DNA of 64,000 nt from Nitrospirota bacterium (GTDB taxonomy: Bacteria; Nitrospirota; Thermodesulfovibrionia; SZUA-242), in NCBI GenBank assembly GCA_016212095.1, contig JACRHH010000018.1, positions 3,126 to 67,125 of the forward strand. The letters run 5' to 3'. Shown here one piece after another: positions 37,017-47,059 of the stretch; position 1 is the stretch's first letter, and each line of letters opens with the position of its first letter. The notes beneath the pieces are model-generated. The model was not told where the DNA came from and searched no databases. It saw only the letters and a list, made by a program, of their open reading frames with translations. Position numbers and translations under genes: made by a program.

Positions 37017-37982
37017 TTGCCGGAAGCTTCAACATTACATTTCTGCACCCTTTTCGATTCAAACTATCTCACACGCGGGCTTGCGCTCCATCGGTCACTT
37101 ATTGCTCACTGTCCGGAATTTATCCTTTATGTGTACTGTTTTGACGATGAAACCCATCGAATCTTAAGCAAAATGAGACTGCCGCGCCTGGTTCCGGTCT
37201 CGCTTGCCGAGTTCGAAACCAGGGAATTACTGGACATAAAGCCCACCCGCACGAGAGGGGAATATTGCTGGACGTGTACGTCGCATGTCATACGTCATGC
37301 CTTGGAGACATACTCACTGAACAATGTGACTTATCTCGACGCCGACATTTTCTTCTTCTCGGATCCCCGGATTCTGATCGATGAGATGAACGCAGCCGGT
37401 GCTTCCATTCTTGTAACCGGGCACAACTACACCCCGCGATACGATCAGAGCCGCGATTGCGGCATCTACTGCGTTCAGTTCATCTCGTTCAACGCGGACG
37501 GCAACGGCATGTCGGTTCTGCGGTGGTGGTGCGACCGGTGCATCGAATGGTGCTTCAACCGAAAGGAAGACGGCAGATTTGGAGACCAGAAATACCTCGA
37601 CGACTGGCCTGAGCGTTTCAAGGGTGTTCACGTCCTCAGGAATACAGGCGGCGGTGTAGCGCCGTGGAATATTCAACAATACCGTGTTGCAAGAAAAGAC
37701 TCCGGCCCCACAGTAGACGGCGTCCCGGTGGTCTTTTACCATTTTCACAATCTCACATGGCATGAGGACGATTCGTTCATGCTCGATCATTACCGCATGT
37801 CTCGCAACGTTCCGGATATAATCTATCGTCCATACGTCGAGGCGATGCGGCGGAGTCTGGCAGACGTTCGCGCCTGCGCTCCCGGCTTCAGCCGGGGCAT
37901 GTCTCAGGTTCCCGAAAGGAAAACACCTTTCTGGAAAACGCTCGAAAACAGTCTGAAGGGGAAATATCGTGTCATTCACTGA
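37017..37982 (+). CDS. Nucleotide-diphospho-sugar transferase-like glycosyltransferase (TTG start)
   Basis: HFCTLFDSNYL...LYVYCFDDE...YLDADIFF. Confidence 0.4.
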   Translation: MPEASTLHFCTLFDSNYLTRGLALHRSLIAHCPEFILYVYCFDDETHRILSKMRLPRLVPVSLAEFETRELLDIKPTRTRGEYCWTCTSHVIRHALETYSLNNVTYLDADIFFFSDPRILIDEMNAAGASILVTGHNYTPRYDQSRDCGIYCVQFISFNADGNGMSVLRWWCDRCIEWCFNRKEDGRFGDQKYLDDWPERFKGVHVLRNTGGGVAPWNIQQYRVARKDSGPTVDGVPVVFYHFHNLTWHEDDSFMLDHYRMSRNVPDIIYRPYVEAMRRSLADVRACAPGFSRGMSQVPERKTPFWKTLENSLKGKYRVIH

Positions 37983-38955
37983 CAAAGATGTGCTTATAAC
38001 CGGCGGCGCCGGCTTCATCGGAAGCAATCTGGCAATCCGCCTTGCGGAACTTGGCGCACGGGTGACCGTAATCGATTCGATGCTCCCGGATTACGGCGGC
38101 AACCTGTTCAATCTGGAGCCGGTGCGCAACCGGATCGCACTTAACTTCTCAGATATCAGGGATCAGTACAGCCTGTCATACCTTGTGAAGGGGAAGGACT
38201 TCATCTTCAACCTCGCCGGACAGGTCAGCCATCAGGACAGCATGAACGATCCGTTGATGGATATGGAGATAAACGTTCGAGCACAGTTGTCGCTTCTGGA
38301 TGTCTGCCGCAGGTTCAATCCGGAAGCGATTATCGTGTACGCCAGCACCCGCCAGTTCTACGGGCAGCCGCAATATGTCCCAGTTGACGAACGCCATCCG
38401 ATCAATCCGCCGGACGTCAATGGAATCAACAAGTTCGCCGGAGAACAGTATCATCTGCTCTATTCGCGTGTGCATGGGCTTAAAACGGTTTCCCTTCGTC
38501 TGACCAATACATACGGGCCGCGTCAACTCATAAAAAATGCCCGACAGGGCTTTATCGGCTGGTTTGTTAACCGGGCAATCACCGGCAACGCAATCCAGCT
38601 TTTCGGCGGCGGCGACCAGGTGCGGGACTTCAACCATGTTGACGACGTGGTTGAGGCGTTTCTCATGGCCGCCGCAACTCCCGCATGTTACGGCGGCTAC
38701 TTCAATTTAAGCGGAGAAAAGGCTTCGCTTGGCAAGGTTGCCGACATCCTTGTTGCTGCAAGCGGCAAGGGAAGCGTTGAGAAGATTCCTTTCCCGGCTG
38801 AACGCAAGAAGATCGACATCGGAGATTTCTGGGGTTCTTCGGAACTGTTTTCAGGCTTGACGTCATGGAAGCCGGCCGTAAGCCTGAGCGACGGGCTGGA
38901 AACCACCATAGGATACTATCGCGATCACGCCGCGCGTTATCTGGAGACGGCATGA
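37969..38955 (+). CDS. NAD-dependent sugar epimerase/dehydratase (SDR family)
   Basis: VLITGGAGFIGSNL Rossmann motif; YASTRQFYG catalytic region. Confidence 0.8.
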   Translation: MSFTDKDVLITGGAGFIGSNLAIRLAELGARVTVIDSMLPDYGGNLFNLEPVRNRIALNFSDIRDQYSLSYLVKGKDFIFNLAGQVSHQDSMNDPLMDMEINVRAQLSLLDVCRRFNPEAIIVYASTRQFYGQPQYVPVDERHPINPPDVNGINKFAGEQYHLLYSRVHGLKTVSLRLTNTYGPRQLIKNARQGFIGWFVNRAITGNAIQLFGGGDQVRDFNHVDDVVEAFLMAAATPACYGGYFNLSGEKASLGKVADILVAASGKGSVEKIPFPAERKKIDIGDFWGSSELFSGLTSWKPAVSLSDGLETTIGYYRDHAARYLETA

Positions 38956-40067
38956 ATACGATTCCATTTTTCGACATCGGACAGATGAACGCCACCGTCT
39001 CCGACGAAATTCATGCCGCGGCTCGCCGCGCGCTGGACAGCGGCTGGTATATCCTCGGCAGGGAGTGCGAAGGTTTTGAGCGTAATCTGGCGGCGCAGCT
39101 TGGAGCCGGACATGTTGCCGGATGCAATTCCGGAACAGACGCGCTTCGGCTCTCCCTCCTTGCGGCGGGAGTTGGCCATGGCCATGAGGTTATAACCGTA
39201 TCAAATACCGCCATCCCAACTGTTGCGGCCATCTGCTCGACCGGAGCCGTGCCGGTGTTCGTGGATGTCGATACGGATACATGGCTGATGGATGCCAAGC
39301 GCGTGGCGGAAGCTCTCACGGTTCGCACGAAAGCCGTCATGGCGGTGCATCTGTACGGCAACATGGTTGACATGTCACGGCTAAACAGCGTGCTGTGTGA
39401 AGCCGGGCGCGGGGATGTGGCGGTAATCGAGGATGTGGCTCAGGCCCAAGGTTCGGCTCTTGCCGGTCGTCAGGCCGGAACCATTGGCCGGTTCGGAGCG
39501 TTCAGTTTTTATCCGAGCAAGAACATCGGCGCTCTTGGAGACGGCGGCGCGGTTTGTTGCGCGGGCGAAGCCGACTCCGGCGCGGTACGAATGCTCCGCA
39601 ACTACGGACAGCGGGACAGATATAATGCCGAGATGGCGGGCGGCATCAACAGTCGTCTTGATGAGGTTCAGGCGGCGATTCTTTCGGCGAAACTTCCCCA
39701 TCTCAATGAATGGAACAGCCGTAAGGCTATCATCATGAACAGATACCGCGAGGAACTGCGCGGCCTGCCTGTAATATTCCAGGAGGTGACGGATGGCTGT
39801 CGACCGGCGTGGCATCTTTGCGTTATTGCATTGGAGAACGGCACGGTGCGCGGCGGGCTTCAGGAGCATCTCCGAAGCCGGGGAATTCAGACGCTGATTC
39901 ACTACCCTATACCGTGCCATCGCCAGCCCGCTTTTGCTTCAGCGCAATCGACTGATCTTTACATCACGGAAAAACTGGCCGGGCGAATACTATCGCTGCC
40001 GCTTAACCCCGTGCTTTCCGATGCCGAGCAGTCGCGTGTCATCGCATCGATAAGGGATTTCTTCTGA
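38952..40067 (+). CDS. DegT/DnrJ/EryC1/StrS-family sugar aminotransferase
   Basis: ATGA overlap with the epimerase; IPFFDIG...SFYPSKNIGALGDGGAV. Confidence 0.8.
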   Translation: MNTIPFFDIGQMNATVSDEIHAAARRALDSGWYILGRECEGFERNLAAQLGAGHVAGCNSGTDALRLSLLAAGVGHGHEVITVSNTAIPTVAAICSTGAVPVFVDVDTDTWLMDAKRVAEALTVRTKAVMAVHLYGNMVDMSRLNSVLCEAGRGDVAVIEDVAQAQGSALAGRQAGTIGRFGAFSFYPSKNIGALGDGGAVCCAGEADSGAVRMLRNYGQRDRYNAEMAGGINSRLDEVQAAILSAKLPHLNEWNSRKAIIMNRYREELRGLPVIFQEVTDGCRPAWHLCVIALENGTVRGGLQEHLRSRGIQTLIHYPIPCHRQPAFASAQSTDLYITEKLAGRILSLPLNPVLSDAEQSRVIASIRDFF

Positions 40068-40852
40068 TGCCTCCATTGCTCAGCATAATCACCGTTGTGC
40101 GCAATGACATCGAGCGGTTGCGTCGAACACTGGAGAGCATTCGAAGCTGCCGGGGCAATCAGACGGAGTTTATAGTGATCGACGGAGCTTCAACAGACGG
40201 CACTCTGGAATGCGTTCGCCGGGCATCGCAAGCCGTCGATGTTTGCATCAGCGAACCGGACGGCGGCATTTATGAGGCCATGAATAAGGGGCTTGCCCTG
40301 GCCCGCGGCGATTATGTTCTATTTCTGAACGCCGGAGACGAATTGCTCATGAACCCGGAGGAACTGCTTGCCGGCGCGGAGGATCAGTCTGTAATTGTTT
40401 ACGGACGCGCCAACATGCTCAATCCCGACGGCTCGTTGAGCTACATAAAAGGCAAGAGGCTGAAGGGCTTGCGCCGATTCCTCAAGGGAATGCCGCTCTG
40501 CCATCAATCTGTGCTTTATCGCAGGGCTGCAATGCCGCCCTACGATCTTCGTTACCGCATCATGGCCGACAGGGTACTGACCTACCATATGCTGAAACGC
40601 CACGGCCTTGCGCGTTCCAGGTTCGTTGACAGGATTTTCGTGAATTATTACGAGGGCGGGTTCAGTGGAAGCGTTTCCAGGGATGTATGGCGAAGCGAGG
40701 AAAACATGTTCTACCGGGATGTCGGCAAGCGGCACTATATCGCAATCAAACAAATAAATGCGATATTCAAATACAGGATTAAACGCCCGATTCTGAGGTT
40801 TCTGGGTAACATGCTCAAGGAGCATGATCGGAATTCGGGACGAAGGACATGA
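40067..40852 (+). CDS. Family 2 glycosyltransferase
   Basis: LSIITVVRND...FIVIDGASTDGT. Confidence 0.7.
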   Translation: MPPLLSIITVVRNDIERLRRTLESIRSCRGNQTEFIVIDGASTDGTLECVRRASQAVDVCISEPDGGIYEAMNKGLALARGDYVLFLNAGDELLMNPEELLAGAEDQSVIVYGRANMLNPDGSLSYIKGKRLKGLRRFLKGMPLCHQSVLYRRAAMPPYDLRYRIMADRVLTYHMLKRHGLARSRFVDRIFVNYYEGGFSGSVSRDVWRSEENMFYRDVGKRHYIAIKQINAIFKYRIKRPILRFLGNMLKEHDRNSGRRT

Positions 40853-41517
40853 AAATGAAATCTATCGTAAGCAGCGTGGTTTCAACCGCGTTTCCACAAT
40901 GCCACCTTTACTTCAAGGCATTCAAGTTGCTGATAAAGAACGAGAATTCTTACTTGCATTCTTCGGGTTGGATGAGAAGCTTGAAGGAAGGCAAGCCTGT
41001 TGACAATGCTGGAAACGTAATCCCGTGGATGAACTATCCTGTCTTGGAGTTTCTTGCGAATCGCCTGGAAAAGGATTTTCATCTATTCGAATTCGGCAGC
41101 GGTTACTCAACCGGGTTCTACGCAAGGCTGGTCAACCGGGTTACTTCAGTGGAATACGATGCGTCCTGGTTTCGCCTTGTGAAGGATACTCTACCTGAGA
41201 ATGTTGCGCTCATTTACAAAGAGAAGGATGTTGATGGTGAATACTGCAGGGTTATCCGTTCCACAGGGAATAAGTATGACGTTGTCGTGGTTGATGGAAG
41301 GGACAGGGTGAACTGCATAAAACAGGCAATCGGGGCATTAACGGACAGGGGAGTTATTTTACTTGATGACTCGCAGAGGGATGAATATCGCGAAGGCATT
41401 TTACATGCTAAGCAGATGGGCTTTCGGGATTTAAGCCTTGAGGGTTTGAAACCAACCGGGAGCGGCATGGACAGAACAACCATTCTTTATCGTCACGACA
41501 ACTGTTTTGGGCTGTGA
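40849..41517 (+). CDS. Class I SAM-dependent methyltransferase-like protein
   Basis: FEFGSGYSTGFY glycine-rich motif; VVVDGRD. Confidence 0.45.
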   Translation: MKMKSIVSSVVSTAFPQCHLYFKAFKLLIKNENSYLHSSGWMRSLKEGKPVDNAGNVIPWMNYPVLEFLANRLEKDFHLFEFGSGYSTGFYARLVNRVTSVEYDASWFRLVKDTLPENVALIYKEKDVDGEYCRVIRSTGNKYDVVVVDGRDRVNCIKQAIGALTDRGVILLDDSQRDEYREGILHAKQMGFRDLSLEGLKPTGSGMDRTTILYRHDNCFGL

Positions 41518-41626
41518 TATGCACCATCTGACGATGCGGCAGACTACTTGAGCAAAACGCCGGTTTCCTTTAGAATAAGCGGAATCTTTACCGGGCTGTT
41601 CAGCCCATTTCCCGGAGGTGACTTAC

Positions 41627-42517
41627 ATGAGCGATTACGGAATCCACACTATCCATAGGTTGACGGCTGTTGCGGCAATTGCATCAATGATTATGATCGG
41701 CGGCGGATGCGCCACGAAGAAAACTGTTGTCAAGGCCGACGGGCAGCCGGTGAAAGAGGCGCAGGCAGTAGTGACGAAGGCGGACAGACCGGTTACTCCG
41801 GGTGTTGGGCCGGGCGTTGAAGTGGCTGAGCCGATCAGGGCCGGAGACAAGCCTCAGCCTGTGGTTGTGCAGGGAATGCAGGGCGACAGGATTACGGTTT
41901 CAGGGCTTGGGCCGGACGCAAAAGCAGAACCACGGCCAACTGTGCAGCCCGGCACAACAACTGTCACGGAAAACATAGCCGAGCCAGCCGGCGCCGTCGT
42001 TGCCGCCGCTTCCGCGCCAGCTTCCACGCCGGCTTCAGCCATGGCTACGCCACCGGCAGCAATTGCCGCGCAGCCGGCTCAAACAGCGTCACAGTCGCAG
42101 CAGCCATCTTTGCCCATAACGCCGCAATCCCCCGCGCCTGCTCCTGATACGGCCAGCAAGACGGCTGCCGCCACAACCTCGCGCAACGGCTTCTCCGACA
42201 TTCATTTCGATTACGACAGATACGACATCAGGCCGGACGAAAAGCCTGTTTTGGGCAAGGTGGTGGACTGGCTTATGAATAATCCAAAATCGCGCCTTAC
42301 CATCGAGGGGCATTGCGATGAGCGTGGAACAAACGAATACAATCTGGCGCTTGGCGAACGCAGGGCATCGGCTGCAATGAAATTCCTGACAGCCATGGGC
42401 ATCGACAAAGGCAGAACCGCCACGGTTTCTTATGGAGAGGAACGTCCTGTTGACACGGGGCATAACGAGGAAGCCTGGGCCATGAACCGCCGCGCTCACT
42501 TCGTCGCGGAGAATTGA
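41627..42517 (+). CDS. pal: Peptidoglycan-associated lipoprotein (OmpA family)
   Basis: Lipobox GGGC; Pro/Ala-rich linker; C-terminal OmpA-like domain NEYNLALGERRASA; GGAGGTGA ribosome-binding site. Confidence 0.7.
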   Translation: MSDYGIHTIHRLTAVAAIASMIMIGGGCATKKTVVKADGQPVKEAQAVVTKADRPVTPGVGPGVEVAEPIRAGDKPQPVVVQGMQGDRITVSGLGPDAKAEPRPTVQPGTTTVTENIAEPAGAVVAAASAPASTPASAMATPPAAIAAQPAQTASQSQQPSLPITPQSPAPAPDTASKTAAATTSRNGFSDIHFDYDRYDIRPDEKPVLGKVVDWLMNNPKSRLTIEGHCDERGTNEYNLALGERRASAAMKFLTAMGIDKGRTATVSYGEERPVDTGHNEEAWAMNRRAHFVAEN

Positions 42518-43539
42518 TGACAGGAACCGCCATGATTCCCTGCACAAACAGACCGGGCTTTCTCATTCCGACGGTTCTCATTATTGCGATGTCCGCTGCC
42601 GGATGCGCCACATCAACAGACATGCGCGCGGTTCAGACCGATCTCAATGAGGCAAGACGCGTGGCGTTTGAGAGCAGGAACATGCTGGGCGAATTGTCCG
42701 GCAGGCTTGAGTTGATCGAAAAACGCCTGGCGGCTGTTGAAAAGCCTGCCGAGACGGCAGCGGACAGGGAGATGCTGACCACGATCAGGCAGAATCAGGG
42801 CGAACTGGCGCTCCGCCTTGAAGAGGTCGGGCGTGAAACACGCAGTCTCCAGGGGCGAATAGAGGAGACGCAGTACGCGTCGGAGCGGGGAATAAAGGAC
42901 ATGAACGACCAGAAGGAGCTTCTGGTCATTCGCCTGAGCGCTCTGGAGGAGCGTTTCCGCCTTCTTCCCGCGCAATCGGCTTCATCCCTCACGGCTGCTC
43001 CTCAGCAGGAGGTTGCTTCGCCGAAATCCCCATCAGTCGCCGAGACAGCCGCACCTGGCCAGCCTGAGCCGAATCAAGACACACAAGCGGCTCCTCCGGC
43101 GACTGCCACACAGCCGGCGGCTGATGCGTCAACAATCGGAGCAGCCGTGAAACCGGAAGCCGAGGAAACGCCGCAGATGGTGTATGAGCGCGGTCAGACG
43201 TACTACAAGTCGCGCGATTTCGTGAAGTCGCGGGATACGTTCCGTCTATATATCGAACGTTTTCCGAACGAGCGTTATGCCGGTAACGCGCAATTCTGGA
43301 TAGGTGAAACGTACTATTCCGAGGGGGACTACGAAAACGCGATACTGGCCTACGAGGATGTGCTGCGCAAGTACAAGCAGAGCGACAAGACCGCCGCCGC
43401 CATGCTCAAGCAGGGTTTCGCGTTTGCGGCGATAGGCGACGAAAAGACCGCCCGCATACTTCTGGACAGGGTGGGCAAGAAATTCCCAGGCTCGTCTGAA
43501 GCCGAAATTGCCGCGTCTAAACTCAAGACATTGAAGTGA
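42514..43539 (+). CDS. cpoB: Tol-Pal system protein CpoB/YbgF (coiled coil plus TPR)
   Basis: N-terminal coiled coil; C-terminal TPR region [25 protein letters not shown]; immediately after pal. Confidence 0.65.
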   Translation: MMTGTAMIPCTNRPGFLIPTVLIIAMSAAGCATSTDMRAVQTDLNEARRVAFESRNMLGELSGRLELIEKRLAAVEKPAETAADREMLTTIRQNQGELALRLEEVGRETRSLQGRIEETQYASERGIKDMNDQKELLVIRLSALEERFRLLPAQSASSLTAAPQQEVASPKSPSVAETAAPGQPEPNQDTQAAPPATATQPAADASTIGAAVKPEAEETPQMVYERGQTYYKSRDFVKSRDTFRLYIERFPNERYAGNAQFWIGETYYSEGDYENAILAYEDVLRKYKQSDKTAAAMLKQGFAFAAIGDEKTARILLDRVGKKFPGSSEAEIAASKLKTLK

Positions 43540-43546
43540 CGCGATC

Positions 43547-44032
43547 ATGACCGGCAAGCTTTCACACGTCGATTCGCGCGGCCATTGCCGCATGGTTGAG
43601 GTTGGCGGGAAACCTGTTACCCTGCGCGAAGCCGTTGCGGAGGGCAGCATCGCCATGAAGCCGGAAACAATGCGGCTTATCATGGAGCATGGCGCGCCAA
43701 AGGGGGACGTGCTTGCCGTGGCGCGCGTGGCCGGGATAATGGCGGCCAAGCAGACGCCGTCGCTCATTCCGTTATGCCACCCGCTTAACCTGGGCTCAGT
43801 CGAAATCGATTTCAGGTTTGAGGAAGGTTCGGCTGCCGTCAAAATAAGGGCTGTCGTGCGGCTTGAAGGCAAAACAGGCGCCGAGATGGAGGCGCTGACC
43901 GCCGTATCGGCTGCCGCGCTCACAATTTACGACATGTGCAAGGCGGTTGATCGCGAAATGACGATAAACGGCATTCGACTTATGAGCAAAAAGGGCGGGA
44001 AAAGCGGGGAGTTCTTACGGAAGCCGGGGTGA
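43547..44032 (+). CDS. moaC: Cyclic pyranopterin monophosphate synthase
   Basis: [18 protein letters not shown]...[16 protein letters not shown]...[12 protein letters not shown]. Confidence 0.85.
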   Translation: MTGKLSHVDSRGHCRMVEVGGKPVTLREAVAEGSIAMKPETMRLIMEHGAPKGDVLAVARVAGIMAAKQTPSLIPLCHPLNLGSVEIDFRFEEGSAAVKIRAVVRLEGKTGAEMEALTAVSAAALTIYDMCKAVDREMTINGIRLMSKKGGKSGEFLRKPG

Positions 44033-44066
44033 TTAATCGTACACCGGCTTTCATGTTATGCCGTTC

Positions 44067-44711
44067 TCAGGATATTGTTTCGAGATTAACCCTGTATTCG
44101 CCCTTCTTCTGAAGCATGCGCTTGTAGCCATCCACAAACGCTTTGAGTGCGGTCTGCTGCTTGAGCAGAAGCGAATTATCCTTGTCGGAACCGGATGCGG
44201 CGCCGTAGGTTTCGAGTATCAGCCTGCGTATGCGTTCGGTGGCCAGTTCGTCGCGCTTGCTCTGCTCGTACTGCGAGGGCGATATGCGGTTGAGTTGAAG
44301 CGTGCGAAGGTAGATATTCCTGTCGAAATGGCCGTCGCGCATGAAGGTTGAATCGCTCATGATCGCTTCCTGAAGCTGTCGGTCGGTCACCTTGATTCCA
44401 TTTTCCTCTGCCGCAATCAGCAATATCTTCTGCTGAACCAGTTCATCGAGAACCTTGTTCTTCAGATCGAGCGCTTTAAGCATCTCCTCGTTGAACTGTT
44501 CCTTGAGAACGCTTCTGTAATAACTCGCCATCTGCTCGTAAACGCGCCAATAGTGCTGCGCATCGAGCTTGTACGGCCCGATCTCGGCCAGAACCTGCGA
44601 CGTCGGCGAATCCTGTTTCGTTCCAACGCCCCAGAAGATGAACGAAACAATGATCATGGCGAAGGGGAGGATGAACCATTTGACATTTTTCTGCATGTAT
44701 TGTAGTAGCAT
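44067..44711 (-). CDS. SurA N-terminal-domain periplasmic chaperone-like protein
   Basis: N-terminal transmembrane anchor then chaperone-like region ...QKILLIAAEENGIKVTDRQLQEAI. Confidence 0.5.
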   Translation of the reverse strand: MLLQYMQKNVKWFILPFAMIIVSFIFWGVGTKQDSPTSQVLAEIGPYKLDAQHYWRVYEQMASYYRSVLKEQFNEEMLKALDLKNKVLDELVQQKILLIAAEENGIKVTDRQLQEAIMSDSTFMRDGHFDRNIYLRTLQLNRISPSQYEQSKRDELATERIRRLILETYGAASGSDKDNSLLLKQQTALKAFVDGYKRMLQKKGEYRVNLETIS

Positions 44712-44969
44712 GGTTTCGAAGTATACTTAACGCAAATTGAAAAGGCAAGCTCTCTCGAAATTAACCAGAGAAAATTCTGCTTGCAATCGTTCCACTATTG
44801 GAGTAAAAATATCTGAGCTTGGCCGGAAAAAAAAAGAACTGTAACTACCGGCAGGCGCTTCAAACGATAATGTAAATCAGTTCCGGAGGTTTTACGACGT
44901 CATGGACTGTAAAATCCGCCTTTCGGCGGCGCTTTATCACCAATCGGTTGCAAAGGCAACGGCAATAAG

Positions 44970-45004
44970 GGCATCCGTGGTTCTATCCGCGGATGCCTTT
45001 TTTC
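44970..45004 (+). terminator. Intrinsic terminator (11-bp stem, 6-nt loop, T-tract)
   Basis: GGCATCCGTGG-ttctat-CCGCGGATGCC followed by TTTTTTC. Confidence 0.6.
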
Positions 45005-45044
45005 TTGGCAGCAGGCTTCCAAACTAATCTCAGGAGGTTTCAGC

Positions 45045-45236
45045 ATGGAAAAAGCAAAATGCAGCAGGTGCAACGAGGAGATGGAGTACAGGAATTTCTA
45101 CAGCCGCACGATCTTTCCGCCGACCGAGGGAACACAGCTTGTTTGCAACAAGTGCCTTGAATCTGGCCGCACACTCTATCGCGCCGCCATGACGGCAAAG
45201 CCGACACACCAGCCCGCCAGTCACGCCGTGATGTGA
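45045..45236 (+). CDS. Small zinc-ribbon-like protein (63 aa)
   Basis: CSRCNEEM...CNKC Cys pairs; AGGAGG ribosome-binding site 7 nt upstream. Confidence 0.35.
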   Translation: MEKAKCSRCNEEMEYRNFYSRTIFPPTEGTQLVCNKCLESGRTLYRAAMTAKPTHQPASHAVM

Positions 45237-45259
45237 CCTCACCCGCAGGGGTGTGGGTA

Positions 45260-45283
45260 GGGGCGAACGGCCGTTCGCCCCTA
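45260..45283. terminator. 24-bp perfect palindrome between convergent genes
   Basis: AGGGGCGAACGG/CCGTTCGCCCCT; no T-tract. Confidence 0.45.
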
Positions 45284-45302
45284 CGAATGATTTGGAAATG
45301 AT

Positions 45303-46049
45303 TTACCTAAGCCGCTCCAGTTCCTTCCGCGAGGCGGCCCCCATCTCGGAATCTGGCGCGAGGTTCATCGTTTCGTAGAAGTGTTGCCGCGCCTTTGGCG
45401 TGTCGCCTCGTTTCAGATAGAGACCGGCGAGCGCGAAGTGCGCCTCGGCGTAGCCCGGATGCCGCTCAATCAGACGCGCAAGCTCCCTTTCGGCGTCATC
45501 GTCCCTGCCTGTGCGCTCATAGGCAAGGGCCAGATTGTAGTTTGCCTGCGGAATCGGGCGGCGAAGCAGCGCTTTTTTAAATGAGTCGATGGCCTTGTCG
45601 TTCTCGCCCTTCATCATCTGTGCGTAGCCCATGGTGTTCAGCGCGGTTTCCGGCACTTCGTAAAGAGGGTCTTCAAGCGCCTTGGAGCATTCGGCAATCG
45701 CATCGTCGAAGCGGCCAGTCATCACAAATGTCATGGCCAGATTGTGATGCGCGTCTGAAAAGCCGGAATCGATTTCGAGCGCGTCGCGATATGAGGCAAT
45801 CGCCTTGTCGTATTCGCCCAGAATGGCGTAAACCTGCCCAAGCATGTTGCGGGCGTCCTTGTTGCGAGGGTTTTCGGCGACAGCCTTCTGGAACTCAAGA
45901 AACGCATCCTGAATGCGGTTCTGGGCGAAATACGAGTTGCCCATCATGTAGTGCGACCGCGACTGTCTGACGCTTTTCGATTCGCCGCCCAGCGACGCGC
46001 ACCCGTAAAGCATCAGCAATACTGTGAGCGCGGCTGATATTGGGCTCAT
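45303..46049 (-). CDS. TPR-repeat lipoprotein
   Basis: Lipobox LYGCAS; several TPR units. Confidence 0.6.
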   Translation of the reverse strand: MSPISAALTVLLMLYGCASLGGESKSVRQSRSHYMMGNSYFAQNRIQDAFLEFQKAVAENPRNKDARNMLGQVYAILGEYDKAIASYRDALEIDSGFSDAHHNLAMTFVMTGRFDDAIAECSKALEDPLYEVPETALNTMGYAQMMKGENDKAIDSFKKALLRRPIPQANYNLALAYERTGRDDDAERELARLIERHPGYAEAHFALAGLYLKRGDTPKARQHFYETMNLAPDSEMGAASRKELERLR

Positions 46050-46072
46050 CCGGCTCAGGCGGCCTCCGGCTG

Positions 46073-47059
46073 TCAGGGCAGTTTCATCGCGCTTCGCACG
46101 GCGCTCATGGTTTCGGCTGCGGCTGCCGAAGCCTTGCGGCTGCCCGCTACGGCTATTTCCTCAAGCAGCCGCGGGTTTGCGATGTACTCCTGCCGCTTTG
46201 TATAAATCGGTTCAAGAAGCGCAAGCACATGAGTAATAAGTACTTTTTTGCAGTCCATGCAGCCGATGCCCGCCGTCTTGCAGCCATCCGCGCAGTAGCT
46301 CCGCTCATCGTCTGATGAGAAAATCTTGTGCAGATCGAAGACCGGACAGACGTCCGGATTGCCGGTGTCGGTTCTGCGCGCGCGCGCCGGGTCGGTCATC
46401 ATGGTGCGAATCTTCTTGTCGTTAAGCTCCGGAGAATCGGACAGATACAGGCAGTTGTCGTAAGACTTCGACATCTTGCGCCCGTCCACGCCCGGAACCT
46501 TCGGGAATTTCGCAAGCAGTCCTTCCGGATCTGGCAGGACATCGCCGCCGTACAGATGATTGAAACGCCTGGCGATCTCGCGCGTGATCTCAAGATGCGG
46601 CAACTGGTCAACTCCAACCGGCACGAACGCCGGGCGGTATATCAGGATGTCCGCCGACTGAAGCACCGGATAGCCGAGAAACCCGTATGTTCCAAGGTCG
46701 CGATCTTTTATCTGATCCTGTTTTTCCTTGTAGGTCGGCACTCGTTCCAGCCAGCCAAGCGGCGTTATCATGCTCAAAAGCAGATGCAGCTCGGCGTGCT
46801 CCTTCACCATCGACTGAATGAAGACGGTCGAACGTTCGGGATCGAGTCCGGCTGCCAGCCAGTCGGCCAGAACATTGCGCGTGTTTTCGGCAACCGCCGA
46901 GGTGTCGGCGTAGCCGGTTGTGAGCGCATGCCAGTCGGCAACGAAATAGAAGCAGTCGTAATCGTCCTGAAGATACACCCAGTTCTGGAGCGCGCCAAGC
47001 AGATTGCCAAGGTGCAGCCGCCCGCTTGGCTGCATTCCGGAAAGAACACGTTTTTTCAT
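46073..47059 (-). CDS. trpS: Tryptophan--tRNA ligase
   Basis: RVLSGMQPSGRLHLGN (HIGH-type motif) and KMSKS present. Confidence 0.85.
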   Translation of the reverse strand: MKKRVLSGMQPSGRLHLGNLLGALQNWVYLQDDYDCFYFVADWHALTTGYADTSAVAENTRNVLADWLAAGLDPERSTVFIQSMVKEHAELHLLLSMITPLGWLERVPTYKEKQDQIKDRDLGTYGFLGYPVLQSADILIYRPAFVPVGVDQLPHLEITREIARRFNHLYGGDVLPDPEGLLAKFPKVPGVDGRKMSKSYDNCLYLSDSPELNDKKIRTMMTDPARARRTDTGNPDVCPVFDLHKIFSSDDERSYCADGCKTAGIGCMDCKKVLITHVLALLEPIYTKRQEYIANPRLLEEIAVAGSRKASAAAAETMSAVRSAMKLP

